In this document: positions 1 to 9,753 of the stretch, piece by piece
Layout: each line of letters starts with the position of its first letter
Numbering within the stretch: position 1 is the first letter of the stretch
DNA from: Anaerohalosphaeraceae bacterium
Lineage (GTDB): Bacteria; Planctomycetota; Phycisphaerae; Sedimentisphaerales; Anaerohalosphaeraceae
Length of the DNA: 64,000 nt
Direction of reading: 5' to 3'
Assembly (NCBI GenBank): GCA_963675525.2
Contig: CAXXSL010000002.1
Location: 8,323 to 72,322 of the forward strand
The notes under the pieces: generated by a model
What the model saw: the letters and a program-made list of their open reading frames with translations, nothing else
Told to the model about the DNA's origin: nothing
Database searches by the model: none
Position numbers and translations under genes: made by a program

Positions 1-84
1 AAACAAAGCGCTGATGAAATCATCGGTTTCAATACTGAGAATGCGGTTGTCCGGTATATTGAAAGCGCGGTTTCTGTTCCGTAA
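1..84 (+). CDS. 3' end of a gene truncated by the window edge
   Basis: Frame 1 is open from base 1 to TAA at 82-84 (KQSADEIIGFNTENAVVRYIESAVSVP*), followed by AT-rich intergenic DNA. Confidence 0.45.
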   Translation, partial: KQSADEIIGFNTENAVVRYIESAVSVP

Positions 85-371
85 ATTTTCATACCATCCG
101 TTTTGAAATTCATCACGCCCAAGAAGGGCTGCATTTACGGATTCTTATTCCCCGATTGTATTAAATTCTTCTGTGTGAAACGTATTTACAAAAACAATAA
201 AAATTAATCTACATTGGCTCTAATTGCCGAAAGCTATGCAATTAGGTGTTTGGGCATCGGTCCGATAAGTTAAAAAAAAAGATAACCCAAAAGGTTAAGC
301 ACTTGATGCCAGTTTTCGAAAAACCCTATATTGGTATCTGGTAAACTCAGTGTAAATGTAAGGAAGAAAAA

Positions 372-2684
372 ATGCGGAGTCAAGACGGAAGCACATTTGA
401 TTTTAGAAAACGACTCTGTTTTCTATTTCCACTGTTATGTGTATCGTGGGTTGCGCTGGCCCAAACGTCATCGGCGACTTCCCCCGAAACCTCCGAACTC
501 CTCCGGCGGATTGAGGAGCTTGAACAGCAAACACAACGCCTTGAGTTAGAAAAGCAGCAATTGGTTCAACAGCTTCAGGATGCTCAGGAGGAAAAAACGC
601 AACTGGAGTCAGAGACCTCTTCTTTGGGCTATTTTGAATTATCGCTGGAAGACTTGATGGATGTGGAACTGACCGGTGGTTTAACCAAGACGACCCGGCG
701 AAAAATGCCGTCGACGATGACGATTGTCGAACAGGAGGACATTCGCCATTCCGGTGCACGGAATCTGCTTGAATTGCTGGAAATCTATGTGCCGGGTTTC
801 CAATGGAATTATTCATCCATTTTCCCGCGTCATATGGGATTGCGGGGTATCAATGATAGCCGGGATGATAAATATTTGCTGTTGGTCAATGGCCGGCAGA
901 TGAACGAAAAGACCAACTTCGGGGCGTTTACCGAGCGTGATCTGCCGATGCTTGGCGATCTGCAGCGGGTTGAGGTGGTTCGCGGTCCGGGTTCAGCCCT
1001 GTATGGCCCCGGTGCTTTAGCGATGGTCATCAACCTGATTACGGATACGCCTAGAACATTTGAAGGTTCGGAGGTCAATTTACGGACGGGCATCGTGGAG
1101 GAATACTATTCTACGGAATTCAAATGGGGCAAAATGTTCTCCGAAGATGAAGGGTTGTTCGTCTATGGCGGCGGCACGATGTATCCCGGTGCCGATCAGG
1201 AGTATTCCAATGTACGTTTCGCTGCACAACGAGCCACGAAGTATGGGACGCCGTATTACATCGATGAATATTTTGACGGTAGAATGAAAAATTACAATGA
1301 AGCTTACCGGGGACTTCCGAAGCTGAAATTTCACGTACATTACCTAAATGACAACCTGGATATCTGGGCCCGCTATACGCAGGGGGGCGAATATGTTGAA
1401 CAGGCTGAATGGGGCGTTCGTGATATTCTTTATGGGATGGGGTATCGTCAGTCCACGATTGCCGCTGAATATAAACAGGAAATCTCTGATGATTTCAGCT
1501 TGAATTACCGTCTGAGTTATGACCGAACGCAGATCGAAACCTCTCCTCACCTTCAAGTTCGATACCTGCAATATCGTGAAGATAAGTATCAGGCTCGTGT
1601 TCAGGCGAACTGGACCCTCAACGATCACCACCTGTTTGCATTTGGCGGTGAATTAAGTTATGACGAATACGGCCTTGACGGTGACGGTCAGGACCTGGCG
1701 GCGAACTATCGCTTCGATGCTACATTTGGTGATCCGGCTGGGACGGAGATGCCCCGGTGGAATACGAGTATGCGTTCATTATTCGGCGAATATCAATGGA
1801 TTGTTAATGACAAGTGGACGTCATTCGTCAGTGCGCGTCTGGACGATCACACCTACGTTGAACGGTTGTTCTCACCTCGCTGGGCGCTGGTTTATACGCC
1901 GACCGACAGAAGTACATGGAAATTTATGGCCTCTCGTTCATCGCGAACCAACGTTGCCCAGGAAATGAAAATTGATGTCATGAAAGGCAAAAACAACAGT
2001 GATCCTGAAACGCTGCGGGCTTATGAGTTGCGTTACGAGCAACGCCCGACCAAGCAGTGGTCTTGGGCACTGGCCGGTTTTTGGCATGACCACGATGTTG
2101 TAGCCTGGAATTATACGACAGCGAGTACCGGGCCGGTCGGAAACTTTAAATCCTTCGGCCTTGAATTCGAGACCGGTTACAAGACGGACAAAAAGAAAGT
2201 CCTGTTTTCTCATGCTTTTACCAAACTTGCCAAGGCCAAGCTTGCTGAGGGCGTTAATTCGACGGAGTTAACCGCGGCTGTGGGGTCGAACAGCAGGGGA
2301 ACGGATTTTGCGAACTGGAGCAATCATCAGAGCAAGTTGGTTTATGAGGCGCAGTTGGACGATCGATGGCTGTTGACGAGTTCGGGGATTGTTTACTGGG
2401 GTTATCCGGGCGGTGATGACTATGCATGGCAGGTGGACGCCAGCGACTGGGCTCGGTACGACAAAGACGGAGCGGATGCCTTTTTTGAGCCGAGTATTTT
2501 CTGGAACATGGGGCTTGAATGCATGTACAGTGAAAATACCACGCTTCGGTTTGACGCCTATAATATTCTGGGGTGGTTTGAAAAAGACGCCGGCAAACGT
2601 AAGTTTATCTATTCGGCGGCTATTCCGGCCATGTATCGGTGTCAACCGCCGGCGTTCGGTGTTCAGTTGACGCATAAATTCTAA
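372..2684 (+). CDS. TonB-dependent outer-membrane receptor with N-terminal coiled-coil extension
   Basis: Signal peptide, FELSLEDLMDVE, plug motifs (LLLVNG, RVEVVRGPGSALYGPGALAMVINLIT), beta-barrel alternation, C-terminal Phe (QLTHKF). Confidence 0.92.
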   Translation: MRSQDGSTFDFRKRLCFLFPLLCVSWVALAQTSSATSPETSELLRRIEELEQQTQRLELEKQQLVQQLQDAQEEKTQLESETSSLGYFELSLEDLMDVELTGGLTKTTRRKMPSTMTIVEQEDIRHSGARNLLELLEIYVPGFQWNYSSIFPRHMGLRGINDSRDDKYLLLVNGRQMNEKTNFGAFTERDLPMLGDLQRVEVVRGPGSALYGPGALAMVINLITDTPRTFEGSEVNLRTGIVEEYYSTEFKWGKMFSEDEGLFVYGGGTMYPGADQEYSNVRFAAQRATKYGTPYYIDEYFDGRMKNYNEAYRGLPKLKFHVHYLNDNLDIWARYTQGGEYVEQAEWGVRDILYGMGYRQSTIAAEYKQEISDDFSLNYRLSYDRTQIETSPHLQVRYLQYREDKYQARVQANWTLNDHHLFAFGGELSYDEYGLDGDGQDLAANYRFDATFGDPAGTEMPRWNTSMRSLFGEYQWIVNDKWTSFVSARLDDHTYVERLFSPRWALVYTPTDRSTWKFMASRSSRTNVAQEMKIDVMKGKNNSDPETLRAYELRYEQRPTKQWSWALAGFWHDHDVVAWNYTTASTGPVGNFKSFGLEFETGYKTDKKKVLFSHAFTKLAKAKLAEGVNSTELTAAVGSNSRGTDFANWSNHQSKLVYEAQLDDRWLLTSSGIVYWGYPGGDDYAWQVDASDWARYDKDGADAFFEPSIFWNMGLECMYSENTTLRFDAYNILGWFEKDAGKRKFIYSAAIPAMYRCQPPAFGVQLTHKF

Positions 2685-2704
2685 ATTAGACCACACGATT
2701 TTCC

Positions 2705-2741
2705 AAAGGCCGGATTGCTTCGTGTGATCCGGCCTTTTTTT
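2705..2741 (+). terminator. Intrinsic terminator between convergent genes
   Basis: AAAGGCCGGAT-loop-ATCCGGCCTTT stem followed by a T run. Confidence 0.85.
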
Positions 2742-2751
2742 ATTGCGCTGT

Positions 2752-3840
2752 TTACGATGTTGCCCGGTATTGCCGCAGGTTGTCGAGGAGGTTTTGCATA
2801 TCGTCCGGCAGGGGGGCTTCGAACGCCATACGTTCGTTGGTGGCGGGGTGGGTAATTTCCAGTTTCCATGCATGCAGGGCGCAGCGGGCCATCAGGGGTT
2901 CTTCGGGGGCGGCGTCTCTGTCTTCGATCTGCCAGGGATAGACGACTTTACCGCCGTACATGTCATCGGCGACAATCGGGTGTTTCAAATAGGACAGATG
3001 CACACGAATCTGGTGTGTTCGACCGGTCTTAAGATCGAGCTGCAGGAGCGAATAGCCGCGAAATGCCTCGAGCACTTCGTAGAAGGTGACCGATTCTTTG
3101 CCGATATCGTGACGGATGGCGTATTTCTCTCGTTTTGTCGGATGAACGCCCAGCGGCAGATTGATCACATCGGCGTCCAGTTCCGGGGTACCGTGCGCGA
3201 TGGCGATATAGGTTTTTTTCGTGGTACGGTCGGCAAACTGGCGGGACAGTTTCCAGTGGGATGTATCATCTTTGGCGACAACCAGACAGCCGGTTGTATT
3301 GCGGTCCAACCGATGGACGATGCCGGGGCGAAAGTCTTCCGCACAGGCGGACAGTTTCTGGAAATGATAGACCAATCCATTGACGAGTGTGCCGTGTTTG
3401 TACCCACGGGCAGGGTGGACGATCAGATTGGATTGTTTGTTGATGACGACGATATGCTCGTCCTCATACAGCACGTTAACCGGGATGTCTTCCGGGATCA
3501 GTTCACGCAGTTGGCGAACAGGAAGGATCAGGTCGATCTGGTCGCCGGGCTGAAGCTTATGGCTGGGCTTGGCAGGTTGGCCGTTGACATTGACGCCCTG
3601 TTCCTTGATGAGCTGCTGGAGCTTGGTCCGGCTGAAACAACTGAATCGTCCGCCGAGATATTTATCCAGCCGATTAAATTTGAGATTGTTCCCCACGCGA
3701 AAACGCACCTCCTGACCGGCCAGTTCATCGGCCTCGTCAGCGGTCAGCGTTTTGTCCAAGTCGATGATATCCGGCTCATCCGAGAGGATTGTTTCAATTA
3801 CCTCTGTGGCAGGGGGAATTGGTTTTTTGGCTTCAGGCAT
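2752..3840 (-). CDS. rluD: RluA/RluD-family 23S rRNA pseudouridine synthase
   Basis: S4 domain (RLDKYL...SRTKLQQLI), INKQSNLIVHP, catalytic IVHRLDRNTTG, LKTGRTHQIRVH, LHAWKL. Confidence 0.9.
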   Translation of the reverse strand: MPEAKKPIPPATEVIETILSDEPDIIDLDKTLTADEADELAGQEVRFRVGNNLKFNRLDKYLGGRFSCFSRTKLQQLIKEQGVNVNGQPAKPSHKLQPGDQIDLILPVRQLRELIPEDIPVNVLYEDEHIVVINKQSNLIVHPARGYKHGTLVNGLVYHFQKLSACAEDFRPGIVHRLDRNTTGCLVVAKDDTSHWKLSRQFADRTTKKTYIAIAHGTPELDADVINLPLGVHPTKREKYAIRHDIGKESVTFYEVLEAFRGYSLLQLDLKTGRTHQIRVHLSYLKHPIVADDMYGGKVVYPWQIEDRDAAPEEPLMARCALHAWKLEITHPATNERMAFEAPLPDDMQNLLDNLRQYRATS

Positions 3841-3846
3841 ACGCGA

Positions 3847-4668
3847 TTAGTTTTCAGCGTTTTCCGGCGCAGTTTCCGTGTCCGTCGTTTCGGGCATTTC
3901 AGTTACTGCGGCAGGGCTGTCCTGAACAACGGGTGCGGCTTCGATTTGCATCGGTGAGACGACCGCTTCTTCAACGGCCGATACGGGAGCTGGAACAAAT
4001 TTGAACGGCTCGGCATTGTCCGCCAGCTCGTCCAGCCGCATTTGGGCCTGTTTCGGGAAGAGGGTGGACGCAAAGCTTTCATCATTAACGATTTCGGTGT
4101 AGATGTCAGATGCCTGTTGTGTCTGGCCCCGCTCTTCGGCGCAAAGCCCCAACCCGAATTTAGCCATGGCTTTCATGGTCGGGATCACCGCCAGGCCCTC
4201 GGCTTTTTCGTAGGCTTCCTGAGCTTTCTGGGTTTGCGTGTCAATGAGTTCTTCGCTGACCACTTCTTTTTTCAAATGCAGTTCGGTTCGAATGGCCTGT
4301 GCGGCTTTAATATAGGCCAGCGCTGCCAGGTTCGGGTTGTCTGTCTGGTCTGTCATCTTCATCAACGCATCGGCACTGACCAGAATGGTATCCAGTGCGG
4401 GGCTTAACTGGGCCTGATCGTTCTGGTAACCCCCAATCGCTCTTCTGACGTCCTGGCTTAGTAGCTGGATCGATTGAGCGACCTTGCTTTGTTCAGCGAT
4501 TGCCTTTTCCCGGCCCATTTTGCTGAACAGCGGCCACGTGATCACGGCAACAAGAATCAGCGTGATGCCGATGATCGTATTGAGATTCTTTTTCAGAAAC
4601 TGCGGAAAATGAGTCAGCAAATCAGCCAATTCATTCGTTTTTAATTCATGGCGGTGTTCAGAATCCAT
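3847..4668 (-). CDS. Single-pass membrane protein with TPR-like helices (YfgM-like)
   Basis: N-terminal RHELKTNELA, one TM segment, helical repeats (AKFGLGLCAEERG), low-complexity tail. Confidence 0.6.
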   Translation of the reverse strand: MDSEHRHELKTNELADLLTHFPQFLKKNLNTIIGITLILVAVITWPLFSKMGREKAIAEQSKVAQSIQLLSQDVRRAIGGYQNDQAQLSPALDTILVSADALMKMTDQTDNPNLAALAYIKAAQAIRTELHLKKEVVSEELIDTQTQKAQEAYEKAEGLAVIPTMKAMAKFGLGLCAEERGQTQQASDIYTEIVNDESFASTLFPKQAQMRLDELADNAEPFKFVPAPVSAVEEAVVSPMQIEAAPVVQDSPAAVTEMPETTDTETAPENAEN

Positions 4669-4766
4669 TTTTTACCTCTTTCTATAGTGTTTTATTTTTT
4701 ACACAAATTCATATTATCCTGAACTACTTGTTGAGTTCGGCACCTTTCTCGGATGATAAAAGAGGC

Positions 4767-4813
4767 ATTATAGAAAAATTGCCTTTGACATGCAATAATT
4801 GTTTGGCGATACT
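4767..4813. promoter_or_regulatory. Overlapping divergent sigma70-type promoters
   Basis: Minus strand TTGCAT(4795-4790)-17-TATAAT(4772-4767); plus strand TTGACA(4785-4790)-17-GATACT(4808-4813). Confidence 0.55.
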
Positions 4814-4864
4814 TAAGATTTAGCCAAAAGAATATAAACCATTAAAAAAACAGGGATCTGCTCT

Positions 4865-6652
4865 ATGAAAAAATGCAGGCATACATTGTTTTGTCGTTTT
4901 GTTTTGGTATTTCTCGCTCTTTTTTATGCAAAACAAGCCATTGCGGCACTGGATGTCACGAAATATATTCCGATTGGTGAAGTCCGGGCAGATATGGAGG
5001 CGTACTGCCTGACGGTTTTTGCCGGGACCCGGATCGAACGGTTTGATCTGAAGGTTCTGAGTGTGATTCGTGGAGTCAAGCCGGGACAGGATATGATCCT
5101 TGTGATTGGGACCGATGAGCGGTTTCAACACGCCGGAACGGTTCACGGATGCAGCGGTTCGCCGGTATTTATCGACGGGCGACTGGCGGGAGCATTGGCC
5201 GCCGGTTGGGACGGTTCATTGGATCCCCTGTATATGGTTCGTCCCATCGAGAACATGCTGCAGGTTGGAAGCGTTGAGGCAGTTCAGGGCGGCCAACCTA
5301 AAACAGTATTTCGCTTTGATTTTTCTCAACCGCTGAATTTGGCCGATATTTATCAACAGTCGATGGATCAGCTTCAGACGATGCAGACCGAACAGGGGAC
5401 GCTGATCCCGTTGAGCAGTTCATTGCCGGCCGGTGCGTGGAAATCGGTAGAAGGGCCGCTGCGTCAGATGGGCTTTGTTCCTGTTAGCACCCCGGCGGCA
5501 TTACCGACCGTTGCCGAAGCGACGGAATTGGTTCCCGGCGGTACTCTGGCGGTGGTTCTGTGCGGGGGGGACATTTCTCTGTCGGCGGTCGGAACGGTGA
5601 CCGAGGTTATCGGTGACCAGGTTTATGGATTCGGCCACAGTTTCAAAGGGCAGGGTCAGACGAATCTGCCGATAGCGGCGGGGATCGTTCACACGGTGAT
5701 AGCAAGCAGGAGTAATTCGTTTAAGCTTTCATCGCCGGGGCCGATTTTGGGGACATTGCAGTTTGATCAGTTTTCGGCGGTTCGTGGTACGATCGGGGTA
5801 ATGCCGGAAACGATTCCCTTGACGATTCGTGTCAATCGCGACAACGACCCGGAAACCAGGACATATAACTGCTATCTTGCCACTGATCGGGTTTATACGC
5901 CGATGATACTGCAGATCGCCCTTAACGGCGCGGCACTGCTGCAAGGGCCGCTTCCCTCGGAGCATACGGTACGGTATAAAGCTGTGGTTCGCGTTAAGGG
6001 GCAGGAACCGCTTGTGATTAATAATATTTCTTCCGGTCGAAGCACTGCGGAAATGGAGCGGAATCTCTATTCCGTCGTTATGACCCTGCTCAATAATCCT
6101 TTCGAGAAACTTACGATCGAATCAATCGATGCGGATGTTAACATCGTTTCTGTTGACAGCACAGCGGATATCTGGGCGGTGGATGTTTCGCAAACCCGCG
6201 TCAAGCCGGGCCAGACGATTTCAGCGACCGTGACCCTTAAATCATTTCGGTCAGGAGAGTCAACGGCCAATATTGAATTTACGGTTCCGGGAACGGCGGC
6301 TCCGGGCAAATACAATCTGCAGATATTGGGCGACAGTGAATATCAGCGTTTTGTAAGCCAAATGACGCCGCAGCGATTTCAGGCATTTGATCTTGAAACG
6401 ATGATGCAGGCCTTCGGCCGGATAACCCAATTCCGGAACGATCATCTTCATGCGGTCATGCCGATCGCTTCGTCCGGGATTGTTTTTCGTCAGCACGAGT
6501 TACCCCAGCTTCCACCGACCAAAATGCTGTTGATGCTGGATTCCAAACGTCTGCAGCCGGCAGAGCCGTACAAGGCGTGGTCGGAAAACAAAATACAACT
6601 CGATAAGATCGTTTCGGGAGCAGCCGAGATCGAAATAATAGTAGAACGATAA
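4865..6652 (+). CDS. Secreted SpoIVB peptidase S55-domain protein
   Basis: Signal peptide, TVFAGTRIERF, GCSGSPVFIDGRLAGA (cf. GMSGSP), GTVT...YGFGHSF, C-terminal Ig-like region. Confidence 0.8.
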   Translation: MKKCRHTLFCRFVLVFLALFYAKQAIAALDVTKYIPIGEVRADMEAYCLTVFAGTRIERFDLKVLSVIRGVKPGQDMILVIGTDERFQHAGTVHGCSGSPVFIDGRLAGALAAGWDGSLDPLYMVRPIENMLQVGSVEAVQGGQPKTVFRFDFSQPLNLADIYQQSMDQLQTMQTEQGTLIPLSSSLPAGAWKSVEGPLRQMGFVPVSTPAALPTVAEATELVPGGTLAVVLCGGDISLSAVGTVTEVIGDQVYGFGHSFKGQGQTNLPIAAGIVHTVIASRSNSFKLSSPGPILGTLQFDQFSAVRGTIGVMPETIPLTIRVNRDNDPETRTYNCYLATDRVYTPMILQIALNGAALLQGPLPSEHTVRYKAVVRVKGQEPLVINNISSGRSTAEMERNLYSVVMTLLNNPFEKLTIESIDADVNIVSVDSTADIWAVDVSQTRVKPGQTISATVTLKSFRSGESTANIEFTVPGTAAPGKYNLQILGDSEYQRFVSQMTPQRFQAFDLETMMQAFGRITQFRNDHLHAVMPIASSGIVFRQHELPQLPPTKMLLMLDSKRLQPAEPYKAWSENKIQLDKIVSGAAEIEIIVER

Positions 6653-6674
6653 TTCTTAGACAAGGAACACATGA

Positions 6675-8882
6675 ATGAAAGCGAAGCCTTATTTAACAGC
6701 GGTGTTATGTTTTTCTCTGACGATGGCAGCGATCGGCCCGGCTGTAACCTCGGTCATCACACGTCATAACAGCAGTGGGGATTTTCTCAAGGGAAAGACT
6801 GAGGGTGTTATCATCCGCTCGACAGGGACAATCACGTTGGCGCCAAGAACCGAGACCGTTGAGACGGGCGATTTCCTGAAAGATGTCTGGTCGATCCACA
6901 CGATGCTGACCGATGCCGAAGGCGGCGTCTATCTGGGGACGGGGCCGGATGCCAACGTTTTCCGCTATGCTGACGGCGTAGTAACACAGGTGTATCCTGT
7001 TACGGCGACCGGCGATCAGGCGGATGATTCGAGCATGCGCAATCAGCATGTGTTCGCGATGGCCAAAGATCTGGCGGGGCGTTTACTCATCGGCGTTAGC
7101 GGTGAAAAAGGGCAGTTAATTCGGCTGGCAAACGGGCCGGAAGTTGTTTTTGAAGACGAAAAGGTTCAGTATATTTTTGCGGTGGCGCTGGATGAACAAA
7201 ATAATATCTATCTTGGAACCGGTCCGAATGGGTTGATTTATCGACTGGATCCGTTTTGCCAGAATGCAGAGCGGGTCTATGAGGCGCGTGACAAAAATAT
7301 TCTTTCGCTATTGGTTAAAGACGGCGTGGTTTATGCGGGCAGTGACCAGCGGGGTCTTATTTATAAGATCGACCCGGAACAAAAACGGGCCCAGGTGCTT
7401 TTTGATACTGAGCAAAATGAGGTCGCTGATCTGCTGATGGATGCGGACGGTAACCTTTTTGCTGCCGGAACCAATGCGGCGGCGGCGATGCTGCAGTTAA
7501 AGGCTTCAAGGGCCTCATTGAAGCATGCTCCGGGCCGGCCCGACAATGATGAAGAGGGCGATGGTGGTGAAGGCGAAGAAGAATTGTCTTCGAATACGGC
7601 GGGGTCGCTCAATACGGCTAACGGGGATGACAAAACTGACAAGAAGGAACCGACCAAACCTGAGCCGCAAGCCCCCAGACCGCCGGCGGCTAAAGTGGCC
7701 GGGCATATTTACAAGATCAGTCCGGACGGTTTCGTTACCGATATTTTCGACGAAATGGCCGTGTTTTATTCGCTGCTGGAGTTTGACGGCAAGTTATGGC
7801 TGGGGACCGGCAATAAGGCGCAGCTTTATACGGTCGATCCGGCAACGGAAGAAAAGGCCGTTTATTATGAAGATGAAACATCGTCACAAATCACCTCGCT
7901 GCTGGCGGTCGGCGATGTGTTATATATGGGCCTGTCCAATCCGGCCCGGCTGGTGCGTCTGGAAAAAGGGACGGTTGCCGAGGGTGTTTATGAATCCGAA
8001 TTGATCGATGCGGGGCAACCCGCTCGTTGGGGCAAGCTTCAGCTTGAAGCGGACATTCCAAGCGGCTGCGAAGTTCTTTTGGCCAGTCGAAGCGGCAATG
8101 TCAAGGAGCCGAACGACCCGACCTTTTCGGATTGGTCCGCGGACGCGGTAGTAACACGGGCGACCGATCTGGATTGTTCGCAAGGACGTTTTTGCCAATA
8201 TCGGCTGACGCTGAAAAGTGCGAACCGGACATCGTCGCCGGAGATTCGCGAAGTCGCTGCGGCGTTTGTGACCCCGAATCTGGCGCCGAAAGTCAAAGCG
8301 ATCAAGATTCAGCGAAACCGGGATAAAGGTAAGCCGACTATTTATGATATTAGTTTTGCCGCTTTGGATTCCAATAAAGATTCGCTGGAATTTACGCTGG
8401 AGTTCCGCAAGTTGGGTCGTACCGGCTGGATTCTGCTGAAGGAAGAGTTGGATCGCTCGCCGTTTGAGTGGGACAGCCGAACGGTTGAAGACGGCCGGTA
8501 CGAAGTTCGTGTAACAGCCAATGACCGTAAAAGCAATACGGTTTCGACAGAGATGACCGGTTCACGCATCAGCGATCCGGTTGTTATCGATAATACCGCA
8601 CCTGAAATCCGGGAGTCCGCCGTGAGGGTCGACGGCAATTCGGCACAATTGGTGTTGTTGGTCGAGGATGCTTATACTGTTGTGGGCAAGGTTGAATACA
8701 CGGTTGACAGCAACGACAAGTGGATGGGAACCTTGCCGGACGACAAAGTTTATGATACACTGGCCGAAGGCATTACGATCCAGATCGACGACTTAACGTC
8801 CGGCGAACATGTGATCGCGGTAGCGGTCAGCGACGACCTGGAAAACACACGGTATAAAACGTTTGAGGTGACGATTCCGTAA
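6675..8882 (+). CDS. Secreted beta-propeller protein with C-terminal Ig/FN3-like domains
   Basis: Signal peptide, repeated blades (YLGTGP, YAGSD, WLGTGN), acidic/Pro linker, WDSRTVEDGRYEVRVTAND, DNTAP. Confidence 0.7.
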   Translation: MKAKPYLTAVLCFSLTMAAIGPAVTSVITRHNSSGDFLKGKTEGVIIRSTGTITLAPRTETVETGDFLKDVWSIHTMLTDAEGGVYLGTGPDANVFRYADGVVTQVYPVTATGDQADDSSMRNQHVFAMAKDLAGRLLIGVSGEKGQLIRLANGPEVVFEDEKVQYIFAVALDEQNNIYLGTGPNGLIYRLDPFCQNAERVYEARDKNILSLLVKDGVVYAGSDQRGLIYKIDPEQKRAQVLFDTEQNEVADLLMDADGNLFAAGTNAAAAMLQLKASRASLKHAPGRPDNDEEGDGGEGEEELSSNTAGSLNTANGDDKTDKKEPTKPEPQAPRPPAAKVAGHIYKISPDGFVTDIFDEMAVFYSLLEFDGKLWLGTGNKAQLYTVDPATEEKAVYYEDETSSQITSLLAVGDVLYMGLSNPARLVRLEKGTVAEGVYESELIDAGQPARWGKLQLEADIPSGCEVLLASRSGNVKEPNDPTFSDWSADAVVTRATDLDCSQGRFCQYRLTLKSANRTSSPEIREVAAAFVTPNLAPKVKAIKIQRNRDKGKPTIYDISFAALDSNKDSLEFTLEFRKLGRTGWILLKEELDRSPFEWDSRTVEDGRYEVRVTANDRKSNTVSTEMTGSRISDPVVIDNTAPEIRESAVRVDGNSAQLVLLVEDAYTVVGKVEYTVDSNDKWMGTLPDDKVYDTLAEGITIQIDDLTSGEHVIAVAVSDDLENTRYKTFEVTIP

Positions 8883-9745
8883 TGCGAACATTCCAGTACA
8901 TACAAATTGTTGAGCCTGTAAAGCAGCTCTGTATTGAGTGCGGGTATGAACTGCCTGTTGATGTTTTAGCCGCGTTGCAGAATGCCGAGAAGACGGAAAG
9001 CAACCCGCGCGCCAAACGCATTCTGGGGCAATTGATCGAAAACGCACGAATTGCCAACACCGAGCGCATTCCGCTGTGTCAGGATACGGGGCTGGCGGTA
9101 GTGTTTGTCGAGCAGGGGGCCAATACGGTAATCGCTTCGCCGACGGAAAACCCGGCCGCGACGATTATTGATGCCATTCAGGACGGGATTGCCGCGGGGT
9201 ATGAAATGGGCCTGCTGCGAAAAAGCGTGGTGGCCGAGCCGCTCAATGAACGGAGGAATACGCAGACCAACACCCCGGCGATCATTCATCATGCAGTGGT
9301 GCCGGGGTCGGGTATTAAGATATCCATCATGACCAAGGGTGGCGGCTGTGAGAACAAAAGTCAGTTCAAAATGTTCAACCCTACGGATTCCAAAGAGAGC
9401 GTGATGCACTGGGTTGTGGAGGTTGTCAAGAATGCCGGAGCGAATGCCTGCCCGCCGTTTGTAGTAGGCGTCGGGATAGGCGGCGATTTTGAACTGTCGT
9501 GTCTGCTGAGCAAAAAATCACTGCTGCGCGATATGGATGAATCCAACGCTGACCCGTTTTATAAAGACATGGAAGATAAACTGCTGGCGGCGGTCAATGC
9601 CACCGGCGTCGGACCACAGGGCCTCGGCGGTGACACTACGGCGCTGAAGGTCTGCATTGAAACCGCCCCGTGCCACATTGCCTCGCTGCCGGTTGCCGTC
9701 AACATCGAATGCCACAGCCACCGGCACAAAAGCGTGGTTCTTTGA
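8882..9745 (+). CDS. Fe-S fumarate/tartrate hydro-lyase alpha subunit
   Basis: PLCQDTG, KGGGCENKS, ACPPFVVGVGIGG, GPQGLGG, CHIASLPVAVNIECH. Confidence 0.92.
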   Translation: MRTFQYIQIVEPVKQLCIECGYELPVDVLAALQNAEKTESNPRAKRILGQLIENARIANTERIPLCQDTGLAVVFVEQGANTVIASPTENPAATIIDAIQDGIAAGYEMGLLRKSVVAEPLNERRNTQTNTPAIIHHAVVPGSGIKISIMTKGGGCENKSQFKMFNPTDSKESVMHWVVEVVKNAGANACPPFVVGVGIGGDFELSCLLSKKSLLRDMDESNADPFYKDMEDKLLAAVNATGVGPQGLGGDTTALKVCIETAPCHIASLPVAVNIECHSHRHKSVVL

Positions 9746-9753
9746 ACCAGTCC

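Noticed and set aside
2743..3957. 404-aa plus-strand ORF
   Set aside because: Antisense shadow of the rluD-like gene with no motifs; the same applies to other long shadows such as 12302..13114, 53202..54131 and 61619..62362.
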